Shown here in pieces: positions 52,538 to 62,331 of a stretch of DNA of 64,000 nucleotides (positions are counted from its first letter, which is position 1; each line of letters starts with the position of its first letter). Origin of the DNA: Candidatus Magasanikiibacteriota bacterium (GTDB taxonomy: Bacteria > Patescibacteriota > Patescibacteriia > Magasanikbacterales > GWA2-37-8); assembly GCA_041665405.1 (NCBI GenBank), contig JBAYIZ010000001.1:90618-154617 (forward strand), in the 5' to 3' direction. The notes under the pieces were generated by a model that searched no databases, had not been told where the DNA came from, and worked only from the letters and a program-made list of their open reading frames with translations. A program made the translations under genes and the position numbers.

Positions 52538-53320
52538 ATGAAGTGCCCGAACTGCTCCCATGAGATCGCTGTCAATCCCACCCCGAACAACTGCCCGGAG
52601 TGCGGGTACCTGCTGCTGACCGCTCCGATCGCGATGCGGCCGCCGCGTCTGGTCGGTTCCTTCGATTGCGTCCAGCAGGAAGAGGAGCCGCGCCAGCAGC
52701 CTCGTCCCGCCCAGCGCCAGCCGGAAGTCGCCGCGCCCAAGAAGTCGTTCCCGTGGCTGCTCACGCTCATCGCGATTTTCGCGGTGGTGGGAGCGGCCGC
52801 CTCGGTCGGCCACTGGATCCACTGGGGAGAGGTCGGAACGACCGTCGGCGACATGGCGAGCAGCGCCAAGACCCACGAGAACCAGACCGTCACCCGCGTC
52901 AACAGCGCGATCGTCGGTTCGGTTGGTTACGTGGTCGCCCAGGCGCGCGTCAACGCATCCGCCATTCGTGGCGATGTGGCTGGTGTTCTCGCGCAAGAGA
53001 ACGTCAACGCATCCGCCATTCGCGGCGACGTGGCTGGCGCTCGAAGTGACGTGGCCGCGGTGAAGGCTCAGATCATGGCCAATGACTCGGTGATCCGCCG
53101 GGACATCATCAACCAGGGTCAGAGCACTCGCCGGGCCATCTGGCGCATCCGCTCCGAGCAAGTCCGCCCCAACGCGGTCGACAACAACACGGCCACCAAG
53201 GCCGACGTCGACCAGGCCAAGCGCGATTTGCAGGACTGGATGACGGCCAACCGGATGAAGGTCGTCGTGGCCCCTTCGGCCGCCCCGACTCCGACTCCGA
53301 CGGCCGCTCCGGCCCGCTAG
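52538..53320 (+). CDS. GC-rich zinc-ribbon + single TM + coiled-coil protein
   Basis: AAGGAG SD; MKCPNC...CPECG; TM; VNASAIRGDVAG repeated twice; Pro/Thr tail. Confidence 0.82.
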   Translation: MKCPNCSHEIAVNPTPNNCPECGYLLLTAPIAMRPPRLVGSFDCVQQEEEPRQQPRPAQRQPEVAAPKKSFPWLLTLIAIFAVVGAAASVGHWIHWGEVGTTVGDMASSAKTHENQTVTRVNSAIVGSVGYVVAQARVNASAIRGDVAGVLAQENVNASAIRGDVAGARSDVAAVKAQIMANDSVIRRDIINQGQSTRRAIWRIRSEQVRPNAVDNNTATKADVDQAKRDLQDWMTANRMKVVVAPSAAPTPTPTAAPAR

Positions 53321-53701
53321 CCTCCCCGGCTAGCAGTAGTTGCGTAGGGGACCAGGTGCGACTTTCGCCCTGGTCCCCGCCAACTTCTCCTCTGTCTTTA
53401 GAGGAGACACTATTATCTGACGACGCTGATTATTGAGCGTCGAAAGGTTAGTGGCAAGACAAAAATCCCAAACAGGGTGCCCGAGCAATCGGGCCACTGG
53501 TTTAGATAATAAGAGATTGTTATCTGAAACGGTGGTATAAAAACCATCTCGTTCCTTTCAATATTATCCCAGCAAAATTTCCCATCGCGAAGAAAGAGTA
53601 TTGTAATAATATTTTTTCTTAGCGATGGGAGAATGTCCTCCCCACGTGAGCCGGAACCGCTCCGGTAAATATGGTTGGGGACCACCCACAAGGAGAGGCA
53701 G

Positions 53702-54298
53702 ATGCTTCGCAGTTTCCTCGTGGCGACCATCGTCGCCATCACCGCGTTCGCGGTCGGGGCCAAGCCGTGCTTGGCGCAAGAGCAGGATACCGTCGTCACC
53801 CCCCAGCCGAACCAGACCGTCGAGGTCACGGTTTTGCCTGGTGGTGATGTGACGGTGGTCACCCCTCCCACCATCACGAAGCCGTCGTTGATTCACGCAG
53901 AACTCGGCCTCAAGGCCGGCTACATCGCGGGCAACGCGCCCTCGATGGTGGTCATGCCGAACGTCGGCTTGACCCTGCGTCTCTCGAACGACTGGTTCCT
54001 TCGCGCCTCGGCCGCTGGTGGCCTCGCTCGGCATGGTTCCGTGACCGACTTCAACGTCGGCCTCGGGGTGTGGGTTTCCGATTACTTCCGCCTGACGCTT
54101 TCGGGTGGGCAGATTGTCCAACGGACACCTGCCTTCGCCTGGAACCAGGGCGCGCTGGTCGGATCTCTTTCCGCCGATTACTTCCTCGGCCCCCACGCGT
54201 TCGTCGGGGTGGAAGGTTTCGGTGGTCCGAGCTGGGACCAACTCGATCAGCTCAGTAGCTCCCTCGGGGGCAAGCTGAACATCGGCTGGCGTTTCTGA
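53702..54298 (+). CDS. GC-rich secreted protein resembling a small outer-membrane beta-barrel
   Basis: AAGGAG SD; signal peptide; alternating amphipathic strands; ends KLNIGWRF. Confidence 0.8.
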   Translation: MLRSFLVATIVAITAFAVGAKPCLAQEQDTVVTPQPNQTVEVTVLPGGDVTVVTPPTITKPSLIHAELGLKAGYIAGNAPSMVVMPNVGLTLRLSNDWFLRASAAGGLARHGSVTDFNVGLGVWVSDYFRLTLSGGQIVQRTPAFAWNQGALVGSLSADYFLGPHAFVGVEGFGGPSWDQLDQLSSSLGGKLNIGWRF

Positions 54299-54711
54299 TC
54301 TACGGATCAGGCACCATGCTCCTTCTCGCGTCATGTTTATGATGATGCGAAGAGTGAGCGGTGAGCCAGCATTCCTGACACCGGGGGGAGCTATGATAGC
54401 ACCTTGTGTCAGGCTCCCTTCTTAGTGAATATATTATGTGTTCATTGAGAAGGGAAGTTACTGATAGCTATTTGACAATTTAAAGACTAGTTAAAAAATA
54501 ATAAACCTGCGCGGGGAATTTAGCATATATCCAAATATATTCTGAATTCCCCGCGCAGGCAGCCTTCGCGCTGTGTGGGAGTTTCGGTCCTAGACCGAAG
54601 CGACTCCCGCACTACGCGGGGGAGTGTGCTGTGAGAGGTACGAGACAGTCTCCGACGGTTGGCAACTTCGCTGACCTGAGGAAAAGGGTTTCTTTTGGAG
54701 GATACGTCCAG

Positions 54712-56352
54712 ATGGCTACCAAGCTCATCAAGCTGGCCGCGAGCTGCGCGGCGGTGTTCTGTTTCTTCACCCTTTCGGTCGGTTGCGAAAGCGCTCCGAC
54801 CATCCCGGCCGACATCGATGGCGGTTCGGTCGACACCGGCACCATCGACAACGACGCCGATGCGGGCACGACTGACGCCAACCCGTGCGACGACGGCAAC
54901 GCCTGCACGACCGACAAGTACGTCGCCGACACGTGCATCTACATCGCCATCGTCGCGCCCTGCGACGACGGCAACGCCTGCACGACTGGCGAGATGTGCA
55001 ACTTCGTCGGCATCTGCGGCGGCGCCACGCCCACGCAGTGCGACGACAACAGCGCCTGCACCACTGATACCTGCGACTCGACCAAGGGTTGTGTCTTCGC
55101 GGCCAACGCGGCCTGCGACGACGGTGACCTTTGCACCACCGACACCTGCGACCCGACCAAGGGCTGCGTCTTCGCGGCGAATACCTGCGACGACGGCAAC
55201 GCCTGCACCACCGACCTCTGCACCACCGGGGGCAACTGCTCCCACCTGCCGACGTCGGCTGCTTGCGACGACGGCAACGTGTGCACCTCGGGCGACACCT
55301 GCGTGACCGGCACCTGCGCCGGAACCGCCGTCACCTGCGACGACGGCAACGTGTGCACCGACGACGCCTGCGTTCCAAACGTGGGCTGCATGCATGGCAT
55401 CAACGTGATGCCCTGCGACGACGGCAGCGCGTGCACCTCGGGCGACACCTGTTTCGGTGGCGCTTGCGCCGGAACGGCGGTCTCGTGCGACGACAACAAC
55501 CCGTGCACGAACGACCTGTGCGACGGGGCCGTGGGGTGCGACTTCGCCCCCGCGACCTGCGACGACGGCGATCCGTGCACCATCGACACCTGCGACGCGG
55601 CAACCGGCTGCGCCTTCGCCGACAAGGTCTGCGACGACGGAAAAGTCTGGACCTGGGACAACTGTGACGCCTCTGGGTGGTACACCGGAACGGCCGGCGC
55701 GTGCTATTTCGACAACAAGTCGGGCGCCTGCCAGAAGGACTCGGACTGCACGGACAGCAATCCGTGTACGTTCGACGTGTGCAACCCGTTCACCGGGACC
55801 TGCAACGCGCCGTTGCAGGTCAGCTGCAACGACGGCAATCCCTGCACCTTGGATTATTGCCTCCCCGCACCCGGCTGCGTCAACGACGCGAAGGTGTGCA
55901 ACGACGGCAACGCCAAGACAGCGGACTCCTGCAGCGCAGCCACGGGAGTCTGTGTCTTCACGCCCATTTCGCAACCGCCCGTCAACCCGCCCGACACCGT
56001 CAAGATCGAAGTCCAGTGCGGAGCGTTTTCCGGGGAAGTTCATCCCATGTACGGGCTGACGGCTGATGGCAAGGGGTTCGATCCCTTCGGCCTGACGACC
56101 GGCACCGCGCCGTATGTGAACAACCTGCTCAAGGCGCAACTGTGCGTCTGGGGTTCGGAGATCGCGGTGCGTGACCTGTCCACGCCGTACCAGCTGTGGT
56201 TCGGTTGCGACAGCCCCACGAAGCTGGACGTCTGCGTCGTCAAGGTGAACGGTTTGCTCGTGCCCAACAAGTACGTGCATCACCTCAACGCCTGCATGGG
56301 CGGCGGCCAGGGCAACATCCAGCTTACCCCGGAGGACTTCGGCTGCAAGTAG
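54712..56352 (+). CDS. GC-rich cysteine-rich repeat lipoprotein, paralog of 25511-26563
   Basis: GGAGG SD; lipobox-like SVGC; long run of CDDGNxCTxDxC repeats; non-repeat C-terminal domain. Confidence 0.88.
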   Translation: MATKLIKLAASCAAVFCFFTLSVGCESAPTIPADIDGGSVDTGTIDNDADAGTTDANPCDDGNACTTDKYVADTCIYIAIVAPCDDGNACTTGEMCNFVGICGGATPTQCDDNSACTTDTCDSTKGCVFAANAACDDGDLCTTDTCDPTKGCVFAANTCDDGNACTTDLCTTGGNCSHLPTSAACDDGNVCTSGDTCVTGTCAGTAVTCDDGNVCTDDACVPNVGCMHGINVMPCDDGSACTSGDTCFGGACAGTAVSCDDNNPCTNDLCDGAVGCDFAPATCDDGDPCTIDTCDAATGCAFADKVCDDGKVWTWDNCDASGWYTGTAGACYFDNKSGACQKDSDCTDSNPCTFDVCNPFTGTCNAPLQVSCNDGNPCTLDYCLPAPGCVNDAKVCNDGNAKTADSCSAATGVCVFTPISQPPVNPPDTVKIEVQCGAFSGEVHPMYGLTADGKGFDPFGLTTGTAPYVNNLLKAQLCVWGSEIAVRDLSTPYQLWFGCDSPTKLDVCVVKVNGLLVPNKYVHHLNACMGGGQGNIQLTPEDFGCK

Positions 56353-56590
56353 CCGTCTAGTCGCTCGGGAATTTATCCGATTTATATTAATCGGCGGGGA
56401 TACCAGCTTGACAACTGGGATTCCTCGAGAGGCCATTGTGGCCAAACCTGACCCATTTCGGGTCGCCGTATTTCGCGACGAGAGATCGTAGCGGAGTCGG
56501 TCAGCCGGGGCACTCAAAGGAGTGCCCCACCGTCTTGAATTCATAATCTCGGTTGTGAGTTGAAGATGGAAATACTATTATCTCCATTAC

Positions 56591-56625
56591 AAAAACACCG
56601 CCCTTCTCTCGGGTGGTTTTTTGTT
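56591..56625 (+). terminator. Intrinsic terminator closing the GC-rich unit
   Basis: AAAAACACCGCCC..GGGTGGTTTTTT. Confidence 0.65.
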
Positions 56626-56659
56626 TGTCTTTTTAGTGAATTTTTGATACAATATTTAT

Positions 56660-58108
56660 ATGTTTAAAAGAAATAATCAAGACAATCCGCCAAATTTATT
56701 ATTTCCGCGTCTATCTCCCTGGGAGCAAGAATTTACCATGGGTGCTGCGGCGATTTTATTATTTTGGTCGCTGTTGTTGCTTTTGCCATTGCAGATGTTT
56801 TTGAGTTTTGGTGTGGCCATACTGGCGATATTTTTGGTGATTGCCTTTATTTTTAAACTAGAATTACTTTTTTATATTCTTACCACCGTCTCTTTTTTCA
56901 CCGGTTGGGAGATTTCTTTTTCGAAATATGAATGGGCGAGAAATGTGGTTTATCTTTCTTCGGTGAATGCGCCGCTAGGGGATTTTATCGGGGTAATGTT
57001 GCTCGGTTTGTCTCTGTTGGCGATTATTTTTGGGCGTTTACATCCGGTTTGGAAAGATAAAAAGATTTTAATTAAACTATCTGGTTTGTATTTATTATTC
57101 TTGTTGTGGTCGTTAGTCTGCGCTTTATTTGCGTATGATCACAATTGGTCTGCCAGCATGAAATACTTGGCACGTAACATGACTTTTGTGTATGTGGTGT
57201 TTGTGGTAATGCCGGTGATTTTGATAGACAAATTAGAAACGGTAAAAAACATTTTGAAAATTTGGTTTGGAGTGGGACTATTAGCGGCACTGTTCGGTCT
57301 GTCTTCCTTGTATTTTTTCGCTCAGACTGGTTGGCCACGGGTGACACCGTACGGCATCGCTGGTTTTGCTCCGCTAGGTTATAACCATAATTTGATTGCT
57401 GAAGTTTTGGTAGTGGTACTACCAGCGGGATTGTATTTATTTTTGAAAGCCAAAACTGATAAATTGAAACAAAGATATTTTTGGGGGATGATTTTGACTT
57501 TACTCGCGGCACTTCTAACATTGTCTCGTGCGGCATGGGTTACTATTTTTGCTCAGTTGGCAGTATTGGGTGTTGTTTATTTTGAAGAGATAAAATTAAG
57601 ATTTAAGAAAATTTCTAATTTTAATTTTTTGATATCGCTGTTGGTGGCGGCGGTGTTTGCATATATGGTGTTCTTTTTGACCACTCCGATTGTCCAAAGT
57701 TCTACCAGCTCACGTTTTGCGATGACGGAAATTTCATTTTTCTATGCCAATCGTTCACCAGTGTTTGGTTATGGACCAGGGATGTTTGTCCAGTTGCTTA
57801 GTTCAGTCCAAGATTGGACACAGGAATATGGTTCAGCATTAGATTCTCATGGGATTGTACAAAAAATAATTGTCGAAGATGGTTATGTTGGTTTGATTTT
57901 AATCTTGATATTTTTGACATATTTGTTTAAAACATTGTGGACGGCGTATAAGGTGAGTGATGACAAGGAATTGTATATGATATTGTTTATGTCGGTAGTT
58001 GGAGCGGTGATTTTCCAATTTTTTAATACTTCTTATTTTACCAGTGTGATGTGGCTACCGATTGGATTGGCTTTGAGCGCGGCTACTTTTTTGAAAAAAG
58101 ATTTGTAA
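56660..58108 (+). CDS. O-antigen ligase/polymerase family membrane protein
   Basis: Multi-TM; NHN, LLTLSRAAW, PVFGYGPG, DSHG, EDGYVG. Confidence 0.88.
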   Translation: MFKRNNQDNPPNLLFPRLSPWEQEFTMGAAAILLFWSLLLLLPLQMFLSFGVAILAIFLVIAFIFKLELLFYILTTVSFFTGWEISFSKYEWARNVVYLSSVNAPLGDFIGVMLLGLSLLAIIFGRLHPVWKDKKILIKLSGLYLLFLLWSLVCALFAYDHNWSASMKYLARNMTFVYVVFVVMPVILIDKLETVKNILKIWFGVGLLAALFGLSSLYFFAQTGWPRVTPYGIAGFAPLGYNHNLIAEVLVVVLPAGLYLFLKAKTDKLKQRYFWGMILTLLAALLTLSRAAWVTIFAQLAVLGVVYFEEIKLRFKKISNFNFLISLLVAAVFAYMVFFLTTPIVQSSTSSRFAMTEISFFYANRSPVFGYGPGMFVQLLSSVQDWTQEYGSALDSHGIVQKIIVEDGYVGLILILIFLTYLFKTLWTAYKVSDDKELYMILFMSVVGAVIFQFFNTSYFTSVMWLPIGLALSAATFLKKDL

Positions 58109-58111
58109 TTT

Positions 58112-59179
58112 ATGAAACACATTGTACAGATCATTCCGGCACTAGGATATGGGGGAGCCGAACGAATGGTAGTGGATTTGATAAACAATAGTGATAGTGC
58201 AAAATATCGTTTTTCGGTAATTGTTTTTTTTGATAATACACCACTGAAAGCTCTGGTTGAAAAAAAGGCAGAAGTGATTTTGATAGAAAAAAAATCCAAA
58301 TTTGATCTGGGTTTTTTAAAACGTTTAGAAAAAAAATTGATCGAATTGAAACCAGACGTTGTACACGGACATTTATTTGCTGGTGATTTTTGGGGACGAT
58401 TGGCGGCTCACAAAGTGGGTGTGCCATTTTTGAGTACTGAACATAATCTCAACTATGAGGATGGGCGGTTGAAAAATTTTATTAAAAAATATTTGTCCAA
58501 AGACCACGATTATTATGTAGCCTGTTCCGAAGCTGTCTCGAAATATATGCGTGTGGTTTATGATAACCGGAATAAAATCACGGTAATTTATAATGGCATT
58601 GATTTGAATCGGTTTGCCAATATACCGCCTTCTACATGGCAAGAACCGTTGCAATTTTTGATGATGGGACGTTTAGTGGAACAGAAGGGTCATTTTTTTG
58701 CTTTGGCCGCACTGAACAAATTGAAAAATCTTTCTTGGCACTTGACTATAGTGGGAGCGGGGATTGAAAAAAATAGTTTGATGGAATTCGTTAAAATAAA
58801 TAATTTTGCCGACAGGGTCACATTTGTAGAGCCAGTGGCACAAGTAGAAAAATATTATAGCCAAGCCGATGTTTTGCTGATACCGTCTATTTGGGAAGGA
58901 TTGGGAGTGGTGGCGATGGAAGCTATGGCCAGTGGACGATTGGTATTGGCTTCTAGTGTAGATGGTTTGAAAGAAATAATAGAGGGCAAAGAAACTGGTA
59001 TATTGGTCGAACCAAAAAATATTTCAGATTGGGTAGAAAAAATTAAATATATTTTTGAACATCAGGATGAAAGTAAACAGTTGGCAAAAAACGCACAAAA
59101 ATACGCCAAAGATAATTTTAGCGTAGAGTTGATGGTAAAAAAATACGATGAAGTCTATTCTTTGGTAGCTAATAAATAA
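58112..59179 (+). CDS. Glycosyltransferase family 4
   Basis: GGAERMV, IYNGID, GRLVEQKG, PSIWEGLGVVAMEAMASG. Confidence 0.92.
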   Translation: MKHIVQIIPALGYGGAERMVVDLINNSDSAKYRFSVIVFFDNTPLKALVEKKAEVILIEKKSKFDLGFLKRLEKKLIELKPDVVHGHLFAGDFWGRLAAHKVGVPFLSTEHNLNYEDGRLKNFIKKYLSKDHDYYVACSEAVSKYMRVVYDNRNKITVIYNGIDLNRFANIPPSTWQEPLQFLMMGRLVEQKGHFFALAALNKLKNLSWHLTIVGAGIEKNSLMEFVKINNFADRVTFVEPVAQVEKYYSQADVLLIPSIWEGLGVVAMEAMASGRLVLASSVDGLKEIIEGKETGILVEPKNISDWVEKIKYIFEHQDESKQLAKNAQKYAKDNFSVELMVKKYDEVYSLVANK

Positions 59180-60066
59180 CAATCCAAAATTTCCATTTGT
59201 TTTTCTTTTTTTCTAAATTGTTTGTTGAGATGGGGAGTAAGGTTGTCAATATAATCGTCTTGCAGAACAGTGATAGGTACAATTTTGATTTTGCCAAAAC
59301 CAGCTTTATTAAATTCTGTTACATAATCATTTGGCCTCCAACGGTTTGGTGAACCAAGAAACTTGGTCAGTTGATAAAAAATATTTGAGTAGCGATAGAT
59401 ATTTTGTGGGTCCACATCTTTTATCCACCTAGAGTGGGTCATCATGTCGATTTGTATCACTACTTTGGTACCAGATTTACTGATTTGTCCGATTTCTTTG
59501 ATTACTTGTGCTGGGTCGACAAAATGTTCAAAGGCGGCTTGACTGACAATCAGGTCTATTTTTTTATCCAAAAAATGTTGCAAAGAAAATTTTTTGTCTG
59601 CTATGTATTGAATTTTTCCAGTTTGGTTGTTTTTAAATAATCCGATTTCTTTTTCCAGGTAGTTTTTTTGTTTTTCATCTGTGGCGATAGTATTAATAAA
59701 TTTATCATAAAGTTCACTCGAGGCTTGGTCAATCAATTTAAATTTATCTAAGGCAAAATATCGGTTAGCACCACGCGCTAAAAAATTCAAACCCACGCCC
59801 AAATCAGCACCTGGACCAAGCTCTAGGATATTTAGATTGGTGATGTCGTTGTTTTGGCAATATTTTTTTAGTTGTTCGAGCCAATCGTTGACCACTTTGA
59901 TATCATAATCTATCACTTTTTCCAAATCCAAAGTGGAAAATGTACGTGGTGTTAGGTAGCCTTTTACTTCGTGGCGAATTTTATTTAAAACTAAAATTCC
60001 TGTTCCAGCGCAATGATAATAGCAATGAGTTAGCCAATTTTTTTTAGAAATTTTTGTGTAGTCCAT
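59155..60066 (-). CDS. Class I SAM-dependent methyltransferase
   Basis: ILELGPG, DLIVSQAAFEHF. Confidence 0.85.
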   Translation of the reverse strand: MDYTKISKKNWLTHCYYHCAGTGILVLNKIRHEVKGYLTPRTFSTLDLEKVIDYDIKVVNDWLEQLKKYCQNNDITNLNILELGPGADLGVGLNFLARGANRYFALDKFKLIDQASSELYDKFINTIATDEKQKNYLEKEIGLFKNNQTGKIQYIADKKFSLQHFLDKKIDLIVSQAAFEHFVDPAQVIKEIGQISKSGTKVVIQIDMMTHSRWIKDVDPQNIYRYSNIFYQLTKFLGSPNRWRPNDYVTEFNKAGFGKIKIVPITVLQDDYIDNLTPHLNKQFRKKEKQMEILDCYLLATKE

Positions 60067-60136
60067 ATTTATAAATAATAAGTTGATTATACCACAGATT
60101 TAAGGTAAAATATATACATCATATATAACTGTTTTT

Positions 60137-61129
60137 ATGTCTGTAAAAATGCCGGTGGATTGTGTGGTGGCTCTGACCTATCGTTGCAATTCACGTTGTA
60201 CCATGTGTGATATATGGAAGATAAAAGATTCTCCCGAATTGATGTTGTCCGATTTGGAAAAATTGCCGGATAGTTTGCGAGATGTAAACTTGTCTGGTGG
60301 TGAACCATTTTTGCGCACAGATTTACCAGAGATTGTGGCGACGATAAAAAAGACCTGTCCCAAGGCTCGCATTGTGATTTCTTCCAACGGTTTTCTTACT
60401 TCGACTATAGACAAGATAATGACCAAGATTTTGAAAATCGCTCCTGATGTTGGGGTAGCGTTTTCTATTGATGGTATTGGCGAGATGCACAATGAGATGC
60501 GTGGCATCCCAGGTGGGTTTGATCGTGTGATGGATACCATCAAACTGCTCAAAGGTATGGGCGTGACCAATCTGCGCTTGGCGTTTACCATTACCGAACA
60601 AAATGTAAATCATTTTACAAAAGTTTACGATTTGGCGCAGGAACTTGGTGTTCAGTTCACTCATAGTTTTGCTCAGAGTAGTGAATTTTATTTTGGTGGA
60701 AAACAAAATGTGAATAGTCCGCGACGCGATTTACTTGAGACAGCTTATCAATATATTATCAACCAAGAATTAAAAAGTTGGAATATCAAACGCTGGGCAC
60801 GCGCCTATTTTGCCAACGGGATGTTTCAATTTATTACCAGCAAAAATCCGGTTTTAGACAATGCACCAGGGCGCGAGTTTTTCTTTTTAGATCCTAGTGG
60901 TGATATTTATCCATCTGTCGTACACAATGTGATCTTGGGTAATATCCATACAATTAGTAATTTTACGGATTTTTGGAAAAGTTTATCAGTAGAGGAACAA
61001 AGAAAAAAAGTAGACGAACTGAAAGTGCCCGTCTGGATGATTTGTACCGCGCGTACGGCTATCATGCATCATCCGTTGGCGGTTGGATTTTGGATTTTAA
61101 AAAATAAGTTTTTTGGTTATAAAGTTTAA
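60137..61129 (+). CDS. Radical SAM protein in glycosylation cluster
   Basis: TYRCNSRCTMC, SGGEPFLR, SNG, SIDG. Confidence 0.9.
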   Translation: MSVKMPVDCVVALTYRCNSRCTMCDIWKIKDSPELMLSDLEKLPDSLRDVNLSGGEPFLRTDLPEIVATIKKTCPKARIVISSNGFLTSTIDKIMTKILKIAPDVGVAFSIDGIGEMHNEMRGIPGGFDRVMDTIKLLKGMGVTNLRLAFTITEQNVNHFTKVYDLAQELGVQFTHSFAQSSEFYFGGKQNVNSPRRDLLETAYQYIINQELKSWNIKRWARAYFANGMFQFITSKNPVLDNAPGREFFFLDPSGDIYPSVVHNVILGNIHTISNFTDFWKSLSVEEQRKKVDELKVPVWMICTARTAIMHHPLAVGFWILKNKFFGYKV

Positions 61130-61134
61130 CTGTT

Positions 61135-62331
61135 ATGAAAATATTACTTGTAAACAAATTCTGGTATCCACGAGGTGGAACAGAGAAGATGGCGTTGTTG
61201 ACAAAGGAGCTTTTGGAAAAGGCCGGCCATCAAGTTGAAGTGTTTGGGATGAATCACCCAGAAAATTTATTTTTTAATAAATATTTCACCGATTTTGTTG
61301 ATTATAAAAATTTGGGTTTTTTTTCAAAAATAAAGTTTGGCGCACGCGTGATTTATAATGCTCAGGCGAAGCGCAATCTGTCCAAATTATTGTCCGATTG
61401 GAAACCAGACGTAGTTCATTTTCACAATGTCTATCACCAGCTTTCATGTTCGGTGGTTGAGGCCGTGGCGGAGAAAAAAATAAAATCGGTAATGACCCTA
61501 CATGATTATAAATTCATCAGCCCAAATTACAGTTTGTATCATCATGGTAAAATTTTTCAAGAGGGTGTGGGTGGAAAATATTACCGCTGTCTTTTGAATA
61601 ATTGTATGGAAAACATTTCAGATAGTTTGCTGGCTACGCTCGAGGCCTATTTTGTGGATGGCAAAGGATACAAAGAGATGATTGGTAAATATCTCAGTCC
61701 AAGTAATTTTTTACGTGATAAATTTATCAAGGCGGGTTTTAAGGCCGAATCGATTTTACATCTACCCAATGCACTCGCGGATAGCGAATTTAATTTTTCA
61801 AAAGGGGATAATGGTTATGTGGCGTACGTGGGGCGTCTGTCTAGTGAAAAAGGCGCGCGCTTTTTGTTATCTGCCGCTCAACAGTTGCCTAAAATTAATT
61901 TTAAAATAGTAGGTGACGGTCCAGAGAGAAAAGAATTAGAAAAAATCAAAACAGATAAAAAATTGACCAACGTCGAATTTGTCGGACAAAAAAATGGTAT
62001 AGAATTTGAAAAATTAATAGCAGGTGCACGATTATTGGTAGCACCATCGGTCTGGTATGAAAATGCGCCACTAAGTATTTTGGAAGCCAAAGCGCATGGT
62101 AAAATCGTAATCGCCAGTGATATTGGGGGAATTGCTGAAATGTTACCAAAAGAATTATTGGTCAATCCAGCCGACGAAAATGCGCTAGCAAAAAAAATAA
62201 AAGAGTGGTTTGATAAAAATGAAGATGAGCGCCAAGCGATGGGCGATAAATTATTTGCTCAGGCGCAATCAGAAAACAGTTCAGAAGTTTATCTAAAAAA
62301 TTTATTAAAAGTTTATTCTGCGAATGAATAA
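61135..62331 (+). CDS. Glycosyltransferase family 4
   Basis: RGGTE, TLHDY, GRLSSEKG, PSVWYENAPLSILEA. Confidence 0.92.
   Translation: MKILLVNKFWYPRGGTEKMALLTKELLEKAGHQVEVFGMNHPENLFFNKYFTDFVDYKNLGFFSKIKFGARVIYNAQAKRNLSKLLSDWKPDVVHFHNVYHQLSCSVVEAVAEKKIKSVMTLHDYKFISPNYSLYHHGKIFQEGVGGKYYRCLLNNCMENISDSLLATLEAYFVDGKGYKEMIGKYLSPSNFLRDKFIKAGFKAESILHLPNALADSEFNFSKGDNGYVAYVGRLSSEKGARFLLSAAQQLPKINFKIVGDGPERKELEKIKTDKKLTNVEFVGQKNGIEFEKLIAGARLLVAPSVWYENAPLSILEAKAHGKIVIASDIGGIAEMLPKELLVNPADENALAKKIKEWFDKNEDERQAMGDKLFAQAQSENSSEVYLKNLLKVYSANE

Noticed and set aside
54880-55960. Regular DNA repeats suggesting a CRISPR array or DGR
   Set aside because: Repeats are in-frame, degenerate coding repeats; no cas or reverse transcriptase gene in the window.
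54520-56544. 674-aa antisense ORF and other overlapping ORFs in the GC-rich regions (also 25403-26260, 38841-39581, 40123-40815, 52469-53161, 53564-54334)
   Set aside because: Shadow frames caused by G/C third-position bias; SD, signal peptides and promoters support the opposite or other frame.
52075-56625. Integron cassette array
   Set aside because: No consistent RYYYAAC..GTTRRRY attC ends found by eye and no intI; units carry their own expression signals.
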